Source: a virus
Lineage: Duplodnaviria > Caudoviricetes
IMG/VR virus record: IMGVR_UViG_3300003886_000003
Coordinates: 1 to 62,043 of that record
DNA: 62,043 bases
Direction: 5' to 3' (one strand)
Positions 55,223 to 62,043 of the stretch are shown here, piece after piece (position 1 is the first letter of the stretch; each line of letters starts with the position of its first letter). The notes beneath the pieces were generated by a model. The model was not told where the DNA came from, did not search any database, and saw nothing but the letters and a program-made list of their open reading frames with translations. A program made the position numbers and the translations under genes.

Positions 55223-56444
55223 CTAAAAAACTCGTATCGTCATCATCCAGGTCTTCCATTTCATCAGTGTTCGCTTGATACACTTCACGCGGGTCGCTGC
55301 CTAGCACTAAGACTGCTTTGCCAGCAGGCTTTATGACTTCAGCCAGCAGGTCTTCATTCTTCTTGCCCATTACTTTTTCAGCAGCCGGTATGCCAATGAG
55401 TTTTTGAGTAAACATGTCGGCCACTTTTTTGAATTTCTTTGAAGCCCGCATCATTTTTTCTGCAGCCCCGTCATTACGCCATGTCCTGTTAGACCGGCCT
55501 GAAACCATCTTCAGTGGTAGCTCATCCGGGCCTATGACTTCCTGGCCCCCTTGCACCTTGGTCATACAGCTTTCTTCAATGTCGTTACACCATGAGCGTA
55601 TGGTGCCTAAGTTAGCGAATGAGTCACCCAGTTCTGCAAGGCTCATGGTGTTGACATCAATAACCTCATCCATCTCGTCACTCATCTGATTGTGGACCCA
55701 CTGTGTACGTGCGTTGCAATCCAGCTTGCCGGGGCAAAACCGGCACCAATCCCCAGGCTTAAACTCAGCACCTTCACCTGTAATAGCAATTATGGATTGT
55801 GGCTTGGCAGTTGTCTCAGCCCACTCAATAATTTCACTGGCTGGTATAGTCCACTCATCAATGTGATCAAGGCGGGGTTGGCAGATATTAAGCTGAAAAG
55901 TATCAATCTCGTATAAGTGCCCCAGTTCCTGAATCACACCCAACCCGTACAATCTCAACTGAGTATTGTCAACTGCGAACTCCTTCACACCCTTGCCCAT
56001 TTTAAGATCAGTAATGGTACAGATACCTTCATCTGTGTTGATACCAATACGAATGTCATCAGACGTGCCAAAGCCCAGTTCCACCCAAAAATCATAGTGA
56101 ACGCGCAGCTCAAAGAATGCGTCGCCGTCAAAGCTATTCACATAGTCGAGAAAAACCTGAATGGCATCAGCGAATGCAGCATCACAAGTGAAGGTATATC
56201 CATCGATGGTTTCGGTGTGCCCAATGTACTTAACAGCCGGTACGTTTTCAGCGCGGCAATACTCTGATATGTTGTGCCCGAAGGTTCCCTCAGCAGCAAA
56301 TATACTCGTGGTGTCCGGCATGTCTTTGGTGTACAGCACTGACGCTGTACAGTTGATCCAACGCTTACCGGCTGACGGCCCTAACGGTGAGTGCTCAAGA
56401 TCATCAGTGACACGTTTTACAGCATCTTGCACTTTACTCGTCAT
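55215..56444 (-). CDS. DUF2800 family Cas4-like PD-(D/E)xK exonuclease
   Basis: HS.LGPS...RW..C, EGT..H, FGTSD, DLKMGKG, QL.LY, QPR, CRFC....C. Confidence 0.9.
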   Translation of the reverse strand: MTSKVQDAVKRVTDDLEHSPLGPSAGKRWINCTASVLYTKDMPDTTSIFAAEGTFGHNISEYCRAENVPAVKYIGHTETIDGYTFTCDAAFADAIQVFLDYVNSFDGDAFFELRVHYDFWVELGFGTSDDIRIGINTDEGICTITDLKMGKGVKEFAVDNTQLRLYGLGVIQELGHLYEIDTFQLNICQPRLDHIDEWTIPASEIIEWAETTAKPQSIIAITGEGAEFKPGDWCRFCPGKLDCNARTQWVHNQMSDEMDEVIDVNTMSLAELGDSFANLGTIRSWCNDIEESCMTKVQGGQEVIGPDELPLKMVSGRSNRTWRNDGAAEKMMRASKKFKKVADMFTQKLIGIPAAEKVMGKKNEDLLAEVIKPAGKAVLVLGSDPREVYQANTDEMEDLDDDDTSFLDD

Positions 56445-56784
56445 GGCCAGCACCCCCGCTATTAACAGCTAAGTGACTACGTTTAGCGCCCACAGATGCA
56501 CACATTGAATTGACATATATAATCATGCCGGGGTCACGCTCATTAACCATCTTGAAAAATAGATCGATTGTATTATCACAACACTGTGAGTACGCGACCC
56601 ATACCTGTTTACCACGCATGTTCATGTCGTCGAGATTGACGCACAGTTCTCGCAGTGCGTCATCCCCCCGATCAAACATTGTTTGAAGCAGTGACATTGT
56701 GCCTGGGTGCCCTTCAGAAACCTCACGCATAACTGCCTGAATGTCACCGTCAAACTGTATTTTATGCCGACGGATTTTAGCCAT
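56434..56784 (-). CDS. Hypothetical protein
   Basis: SEGHPG...LDDMNMRG..VW..Y..C pattern. Confidence 0.65.
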   Translation of the reverse strand: MAKIRRHKIQFDGDIQAVMREVSEGHPGTMSLLQTMFDRGDDALRELCVNLDDMNMRGKQVWVAYSQCCDNTIDLFFKMVNERDPGMIIYVNSMCASVGAKRSHLAVNSGGAGHDE

Positions 56785-57140
56785 CAGTCCGGCATCTTGT
56801 CAGTGCAAGCGTCAATAACTTGTTGGTACTTCACTTCATCCAGGTTGCCTAGTGTTGAAGCGCCGTGTGCCTTGAGTATTGACTTGGCTTGTGCAGGCGT
56901 AGTGGCTTGCTGCAGTGACTGTAATGCTTCACGCACAGCCTGCTTGCTCGGTGCATCCTCAGCGGGTGTCTCTTTCGGCTTGCCAACTACTTTTTCATTT
57001 GGCTTACTCTTTTTAGAAGATGTTGCCTTTCCTGTTTTACCAACATCACTTGTTGCGGCAACTGCACCGCTACTCGCTCCGTTTTCCAGTGCTGTTGCGA
57101 TACGTTCCAGCGCTTCGACGCCCCGTTCCATTAATCCCAT
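56784..57140 (-). CDS. Hypothetical replication-module protein
   Basis: GGAG RBS; LERIA.ALE, Lys/Pro linker, IL..HGA..L..L...KY (usual neighbour of DUF2800). Confidence 0.7.
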   Translation of the reverse strand: MGLMERGVEALERIATALENGASSGAVAATSDVGKTGKATSSKKSKPNEKVVGKPKETPAEDAPSKQAVREALQSLQQATTPAQAKSILKAHGASTLGNLDEVKYQQVIDACTDKMPD

Positions 57141-57159
57141 TGTACTTTCTCCATTGTTG

Positions 57160-57390
57160 TTAACACGCACATCTTTCTGGTATCGACATGAACCAGCAAA
57201 CCCAATAATTCTCATGATACTCAACCGGGATGTCAGTATACGGCAGACTTATCCCTCTTGGCATCACAAAAATATCAAAACCGCCTAAACTGTCCGTTTT
57301 TCTTTCTGATTTCCTCACCATTACCCTCATGCCTGACTGCTTATGCTTGCGCTTGATGGCATTCAACTGGCACAGGTTGCAATCAGTCAT
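57160..57390 (-). CDS. Hypothetical Cys-containing protein
   Basis: CNLC...CAC. Confidence 0.6.
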   Translation of the reverse strand: MTDCNLCQLNAIKRKHKQSGMRVMVRKSERKTDSLGGFDIFVMPRGISLPYTDIPVEYHENYWVCWFMSIPERCAC

Positions 57391-57640
57391 TGCTTTCCCC
57401 TGGAAATGGCGGCGATATCATATTACCTCCCCGCCCGTGTTTCCATTTTTTAGGGATCGGGCCATCGGGCCAGTCGCCATTGATACAGGATTCAAACACG
57501 AAGCGCATACCCTGAGTGGTCATATTCACATCGTACCGGTAAGCAAATCCATGCTCGGCAAGCAGGCCACCGATCTGATCCGCGTAGTCCTTGGTGACAT
57601 CATCAATCTGATCCTGTAGCGTGTAGCCGTGCTTCTTCAT
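57383..57640 (-). CDS. Hypothetical protein
   Basis: Overlapping start/stop. Confidence 0.6.
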   Translation of the reverse strand: MKKHGYTLQDQIDDVTKDYADQIGGLLAEHGFAYRYDVNMTTQGMRFVFESCINGDWPDGPIPKKWKHGRGGNMISPPFPGESND

Positions 57641-58314
57641 GGCTCATCATTAAAGTAGACTGGATTGCCAGCACCATCAGTGCCTACACATCTTCCTTTT
57701 GGAACGTCTTCAACCAGGATGGGAGCCATCGCCGGTTTCACCAATTTTATCGCCTCGAAAATGACAATCTCGCAGCCATCGCTCGCTACACATTTGCGTG
57801 CAGCTTTTTCAGCCTCTTCATAGCTGTCATAAAATTTATTCATGTCTCTGGACCGTTTTACTCCATGCACTGTGTCAGCCCCATGAATTTTGAATTTGTG
57901 TAATTGCCTCATATCCTTTTTCTCCTGTGATTTTAATAATACAAAGCTAATCGAGCTATTGTTGGATGATTCAATGTGCTTTGCAATTTCCAGGGTGACA
58001 ACTTTTGTGTCTTTGCTGTAGACTCGCCGGTAAAAATCAGCCGCACCAAGCCCCAAGCACTTGACCCAAGAAGTGCCCGCTGTATAGTCATGAGGGGAGC
58101 GAGTATCAGCCATGAACCACTTCCAGTCAGGGCGATCAACTCGTGAGATAATACAATGCTTATTGGATACTCGCCGGTAGCCCTGCTCCATAAGCTCTCT
58201 TGCTTTCTCCCGCATCTTAGCATTACGCGCAAGTTCAATACTCTCTTGGATACTCATCTCACAAAACTTACTGTATGGAAAATTGCCGGGTGCATCCCAA
58301 AGCTGACCGGTCAT
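57637..58314 (-). CDS. Hypothetical protein (possible two-gene fusion)
   Basis: Internal AGGA RBS plus ATG at MRQLHK. Confidence 0.6.
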   Translation of the reverse strand: MTGQLWDAPGNFPYSKFCEMSIQESIELARNAKMREKARELMEQGYRRVSNKHCIISRVDRPDWKWFMADTRSPHDYTAGTSWVKCLGLGAADFYRRVYSKDTKVVTLEIAKHIESSNNSSISFVLLKSQEKKDMRQLHKFKIHGADTVHGVKRSRDMNKFYDSYEEAEKAARKCVASDGCEIVIFEAIKLVKPAMAPILVEDVPKGRCVGTDGAGNPVYFNDEP

Positions 58315-58658
58315 GGCCCTGTTCTTTCCCTGACTACTTTAGCCAGTTCCTCGCTCGCATTAGCACCTGCTTCAGTGACAAACTTACGCAGCTCACTAAC
58401 AATTATCATCTGTTGCTCGGATACTTCTTTTTCTGACCTGCCAGATTCCTTGGCTATTTTTCGGAGAATATCGCGGGGAAGCCTTGCATGGATATCAATG
58501 TATGTGGGGATATACATTTCCAGCATCAGTAGTACGAGTAATGATGGGCAATCAATATCCTCACACCGCTGCTCAAGCCACACTACTGCACTTTGTGCCA
58601 GCTCCATTGCGGTGTGAAAGTCATCTGTACCAACAACTTGCTGTCTGTATTTTTTCAT
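58311..58658 (-). CDS. Hypothetical protein
   Basis: Overlapping start/stop. Confidence 0.6.
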   Translation of the reverse strand: MKKYRQQVVGTDDFHTAMELAQSAVVWLEQRCEDIDCPSLLVLLMLEMYIPTYIDIHARLPRDILRKIAKESGRSEKEVSEQQMIIVSELRKFVTEAGANASEELAKVVRERTGP

Positions 58659-58897
58659 TATTCACCGTCCCTTATATAGTCATCAACTTCCTGCTTGTCA
58701 GTGCCGTACAGAATATAGTATGGATCGACTGGCGTGTTTTCATCAGGGACAGGCTGACCGTAATTGCCATCATATTCACACTCATAAGCAGTGCAATAGA
58801 ACTCAAGAAATTCTTCAGCGTTGGACCGCTCATCAGACTCAGCGGCATATAGTGGGAAGGAAAGTAGCAGTGTTATTAATAGTGCTAGTTTTAGCAT
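58658..58897 (-). CDS. Small secreted acidic protein
   Basis: GAGGA RBS; signal peptide MLKLALLITLLLSFPLYA. Confidence 0.6.
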   Translation of the reverse strand: MLKLALLITLLLSFPLYAAESDERSNAEEFLEFYCTAYECEYDGNYGQPVPDENTPVDPYYILYGTDKQEVDDYIRDGE

Positions 58898-58919
58898 CAG
58901 CGTCATCCTCGTTAGCATT

Positions 58920-58947
58920 AAAAGAATGGCCCCTTTCGAGGCCATCC
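58920..58947 (-). terminator. Intrinsic terminator of the candidate sRNA
   Basis: GGAUGGCCUC-GAAA-GGGGCCAUUC-UUUU. Confidence 0.7.
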
Positions 58948-59038
58948 TGACCAAAGCACAAACCCTCACAGGGAGTTTTTGCACTGTACCGGGACACAAC
59001 CCCCGGCATTTACACAACACATGGAAACACCATGAGCC
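58920..59038 (-). ncRNA. Candidate trans-acting antisense sRNA (~120 nt)
   Basis: Lies between promoter and terminator; several hairpins; seed UGUGUUGUGUAAAU complementary to early-gene leaders. Confidence 0.65.
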
Positions 59039-59041
59039 GTG

Positions 59042-59071
59042 ATCATATTATAAAAATACTTTTCATGTCAA
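59042..59071 (-). promoter_or_regulatory. Sigma70-type promoter
   Basis: TTGACA (59071-59066), 18-nt spacer, TATGAT (59047-59042). Confidence 0.7.
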
Positions 59072-59128
59072 ATAAACTTTGATAGTATGCCCTCTTGATA
59101 TATGTGATAAATAACTTGAGGAACCAAT

Positions 59129-59446
59129 GTGGACCTATTCAAGCCATTAACCAAGAAGCAAGAGCGCACTTATGATAGAACAATCAATATTATACGTGAA
59201 GAAGTTGGCTCATATCAAAAAATCGCCACGACTGCTTTTTCTATAACAGGATTGCACATATCCGGTCAGACAGTGCATGTATGGTTCATTGAGCGAAGGA
59301 TTCCTGAGAAGTATGCAGTAATTTTTTGCAGCATGGTGCCGGGCAAGGTGGACTTTATGGATTTGTGCCCCTGGCTCTTGCCGGTGTTCAATGCTTGGCA
59401 ACAGGAAAAGTTAAATAGTGGGGCCACAAACGGCTGGGATAAGTAG
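59129..59446 (+). CDS. Cro/CI-like HTH regulator
   Basis: ISGQTVHVW...RIP...DLCP pattern; divergent from the replication arm. Confidence 0.6.
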   Translation: MDLFKPLTKKQERTYDRTINIIREEVGSYQKIATTAFSITGLHISGQTVHVWFIERRIPEKYAVIFCSMVPGKVDFMDLCPWLLPVFNAWQQEKLNSGATNGWDK

Positions 59447-59458
59447 GGACAGTGTACC

Positions 59459-59674
59459 GTGAATATTATAGTTACGCCCATCGGGGAACGATACCTGGAA
59501 ATAACGATATGCGAGTTGCGCTATCTGTTCCTTCGGGCTTATGATGGTGAGCTTCCAGAATCAATAACCACTGAAGACGCTGTGCTGTCTGTACAGATGT
59601 TCTTCGGTATTGAAATGTGTGAAAGAATGCTAACAGAAAAAGGAGAAGTGCAATGCAAGGTTGGATGTTCATAA
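59459..59674 (+). CDS. Hypothetical protein
   Basis: ORF track. Confidence 0.45.
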   Translation: MNIIVTPIGERYLEITICELRYLFLRAYDGELPESITTEDAVLSVQMFFGIEMCERMLTEKGEVQCKVGCS

Positions 59675-60060
59675 CAATTAATCCCAATGGTTCGCTCGGC
59701 GTCAGTGGTGCTGTCATACGTGAGATTACTACCGAGAAGTTTTTGTGCCGGTTCTTTCTTGGCCCAACTTCACACTCCCGTGTGGTTACAATTGCTGAAC
59801 TGGAATCATATCATCTGTTCCAGACTCAAGATGAAATGGATAGCTACGTTGATACCTTGCGTCAACGCGCTGAAGCAGAACCACAGCAACCGGGTGGTGC
59901 TGTTAATCCAGAAACCCCTGACGGCGATCCACCCCCCGCTGTTACTCCCGGCCCACCTGCGAATAAGCGCCCAAGCAGAAAGCAAAAAGGCAAGGGTAAA
60001 ACTGTGCATCCAAAAGGCAAGCCAACCAAGCCAGCCGGTAATGACTTTCTGGACGACTAG
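59653..60060 (+). CDS. Hypothetical protein with FLDD tail
   Basis: AGGAG RBS. Confidence 0.7.
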   Translation: MQGWMFITINPNGSLGVSGAVIREITTEKFLCRFFLGPTSHSRVVTIAELESYHLFQTQDEMDSYVDTLRQRAEAEPQQPGGAVNPETPDGDPPPAVTPGPPANKRPSRKQKGKGKTVHPKGKPTKPAGNDFLDD

Positions 60061-60062
60061 CC

Positions 60063-60359
60063 ATGAATGACGAGTGGCTAAGTCTAAATTCAGATGATGG
60101 TAATACTATGGCAATTCTCCGTTGCTCAACCATTACCGGTGTGCGCTTTCAGCCTTTAATAACCGATCAGGGCGAGCAGGCTCAAGCCAGGCACCCCATT
60201 ACCGGTGAGGTTCTTAAAATATGGAGCATCACTGTTGAGTTGGGGTCCGGCGGGCACCAGCTCACCTACTCTGATAAACAGAAGGGTATCAAAGAGCATA
60301 AGCGTATTTGTAGTGTAGTGCAGGGTAACAATCCAGAAACCAATAAAAGGATAAACTAA
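60063..60359 (+). CDS. Hypothetical protein
   Basis: Operon spacing. Confidence 0.65.
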   Translation: MNDEWLSLNSDDGNTMAILRCSTITGVRFQPLITDQGEQAQARHPITGEVLKIWSITVELGSGGHQLTYSDKQKGIKEHKRICSVVQGNNPETNKRIN

Positions 60360-60679
60360 TGAACCAAGGGCAAGGGGTATCACCTGAAAAGGATATAAGT
60401 ACAGAAGCGCTATCGGCAGAATTGAACGCCAAAACGGTAATTATCGATAAGTGCGCTCGGCGTGACCAGTTCTTTTGCGCTGCGCTGACCGGTCTTTTGG
60501 CTAGTGCAACTAACTGTGATCGCCTTAAAGCTGTTGACCGCTACGCTGCAAATGGACTGGTGGCAGACGCTGCAATACTGGCTGACGCTGCGATGGAGTC
60601 CGGGCAGGAATATTATAATGATTTGCACCGTGAGTTAAAAAATAAAATTGCTGACAACGCTACACTAGCAAAAACCTGA
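60359..60679 (+). CDS. Hypothetical protein
   Basis: RDQF..AALTGLLA...A..LADA.M motif common in small phage proteins. Confidence 0.7.
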   Translation: MNQGQGVSPEKDISTEALSAELNAKTVIIDKCARRDQFFCAALTGLLASATNCDRLKAVDRYAANGLVADAAILADAAMESGQEYYNDLHRELKNKIADNATLAKT

Positions 60680-60700
60680 GCACACAATTGGGAGAGCGCG

Positions 60701-61165
60701 ATGACCGAAGTACAAACCCCCGGCAAAGGGGCACCAGTTCCTGGGCCTACTGTTGAGCAGTACATCACATTATCACAAGCGAATGACAATAAACTTGAAA
60801 AATTAAAATTCGTTCAGTCAAACCTGCGCATTATTGTCGCAGCAATTGATCACTCTATGTCTGTATTGTCGGAGCTGCCTGAGCCGGGCATAGCGACACT
60901 TATTGGTGAGATAAAAAAGGCTGTACTCGATGTCTCTGATAGCACGACTGACCTTGAGCTGTGTGAGCGAGACAGGCACAAAATACACGATCCCTATCTA
61001 CGGAGCTTGGCTGATAACCTGACATCGATGCGTGGCTATCGGGACGTTCTGCTTGAACGACTGGCAATGGTTAATAATACCGTTCAATCAGGTATGTCTA
61101 AAGAGGATTACATCGCTCGCACCATTGTTGATATTGTTGACGGCACAAAAGACAGAAAGGAATAG
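60701..61165 (+). CDS. Hypothetical coiled-coil protein
   Basis: GGAG RBS; precedes the primase. Confidence 0.65.
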   Translation: MTEVQTPGKGAPVPGPTVEQYITLSQANDNKLEKLKFVQSNLRIIVAAIDHSMSVLSELPEPGIATLIGEIKKAVLDVSDSTTDLELCERDRHKIHDPYLRSLADNLTSMRGYRDVLLERLAMVNNTVQSGMSKEDYIARTIVDIVDGTKDRKE

Positions 61166-61167
61166 AC

Positions 61168-62043
61168 ATGCGGTCACTCGGTATTTCCACCGGGAAGTCG
61201 CGCCTGTCACCCTACATAAAATCCGGCAAGGTTTCCTGGCGAAAGCTATTAGCTAAACTCACTGAGTTTACAGTAGCGGATATAAAGTATGCGGATTACA
61301 TCGCACTGCCGCGTGATGAGCAGGCTGATATCAAAGATGTCGGGTACTTCATCGGCGGCAAATTCAATAGCAACACCCGCAAGAAAGACAAACTGGCTTA
61401 CCGATCAGTCATCACGCTCGACATCGATCATCTTGATGCATGGGATTTGACTGACGGTGAAGAGCAAAGCAGCATAGGTGACAGCTATGACAGCTATGAA
61501 TACGTGGTGCATTCAACTGCCAAACATAGTGCGGCCAGTCCGCGTCTGCGCCTGGTCTTTCCACTGTCACGCAACGTTACCCCCGATGAGTATGAACCTT
61601 TAGCTCGCATAATTGCCAACGAGCTTGGTATGGATGTCTTCGACGATACCACCTTTCAGCCTGCACGTATTATGTTCTGGCCCTGTATCACATCCGACGG
61701 TAACAGGTACATGGAACACAACTTAAATGACTTTATCGATCCCGATGAGTGGTTGGGTAAATACAAAGACTGGCAGGACTTCGCTGCTTGGCCGCACAGC
61801 TCACGAGTGGAAGCAATGACCCATGCGGGCGCTGTCAGTGTGGAAGACCCGCTCACCAAGCCCGGTATCATTGGCGCGTTCTGTAGAACCTATGATATCC
61901 ACGCTGCCATCGTCCACTTTGAACTGCCCTATGAAACCACCGAACACGATAACCGCTACCGCCCGGTAGACGCCACTGGGCCATCGGGCGCTGTGGTCTA
62001 TGATGAGGGGCTGTTCATGTACTCCCATCACGAGTCAGACCCG
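61168..62043 (+). CDS. Primase-helicase, N-terminal part (continues at 1..2095; about 959 aa in total)
   Basis: ATG at 61168 after AGGA; MRSLGISTGKSR...KDVGYFIGG...ITLDIDH...HST...PRLRLVFPL resembles phage primase-polymerase N-termini; in frame with ORF 41..2095 across the overlap. Confidence 0.85.
   Translation, partial: MRSLGISTGKSRLSPYIKSGKVSWRKLLAKLTEFTVADIKYADYIALPRDEQADIKDVGYFIGGKFNSNTRKKDKLAYRSVITLDIDHLDAWDLTDGEEQSSIGDSYDSYEYVVHSTAKHSAASPRLRLVFPLSRNVTPDEYEPLARIIANELGMDVFDDTTFQPARIMFWPCITSDGNRYMEHNLNDFIDPDEWLGKYKDWQDFAAWPHSSRVEAMTHAGAVSVEDPLTKPGIIGAFCRTYDIHAAIVHFELPYETTEHDNRYRPVDATGPSGAVVYDEGLFMYSHHESDP
61953..62043. repeat. Terminal direct repeat, copy 2
   Basis: Identical to 1-91. 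Confidence 0.95.

Noticed and set aside
55215-56444. Cas4 as evidence of a CRISPR system
   Set aside because: It is the DUF2800 nuclease normally found with DUF2815 SSB and PolA in phage replication modules
58898-59020. N-terminal extension of ORF 58658..59020
   Set aside because: No RBS, crosses a terminator hairpin; a better start with RBS and signal peptide lies at 58897
59032-59082. 16-codon + strand ORF (MSRDHIIKILFMSNKL) behind the leader-like sequence
   Set aside because: No + strand promoter seen upstream, whereas the minus strand has both promoter and terminator; not fully excluded

Overview
The window looks like a complete, circularly permuted dsDNA phage genome of about 61,952 bp. 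Bases 1-91 are identical to 61953-62043, an assembly overlap inside the primase-helicase gene, which runs 61168->end/1->2095. The architecture is podovirus-like, and no integrase, tRNA or CRISPR array was recognised. Modules: (i) a minus-strand accessory/early region (2.1-11.4 kb) with a putative iteron-bearing origin at about 5.0-5.5 kb; (ii) a plus-strand packaging/virion/lysis arm (12.2-47.5 kb) with terminases, portal, capsid, tail, ejection proteins, two large polyvalent proteins separated by a fibre/sulfotransferase cassette, and lysis genes; (iii) a minus-strand replication arm (47.5-58.9 kb) with SNF2 helicase, VRR-NUC, family A polymerase, a PAPS-reductase-like protein, DUF2815 SSB and DUF2800 nuclease; (iv) a short plus-strand arm leading into the primase. 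The most striking unannotated signal is an apparent RNA-level control circuit. Three type I hammerhead ribozymes sit between early genes. Eleven early genes share a C/A-rich (CA)CAACACA translation leader. A candidate ~120-nt sRNA at about 58.92-59.04 kb, with its own promoter and terminator, carries a G/U-rich seed complementary to those leaders. A second highlight is a 51-aa orphan RiPP-precursor-like peptide (YNRIHNRHNR) overlapping the terminase stop codon. All family assignments come from motif recognition by eye, not database searches.
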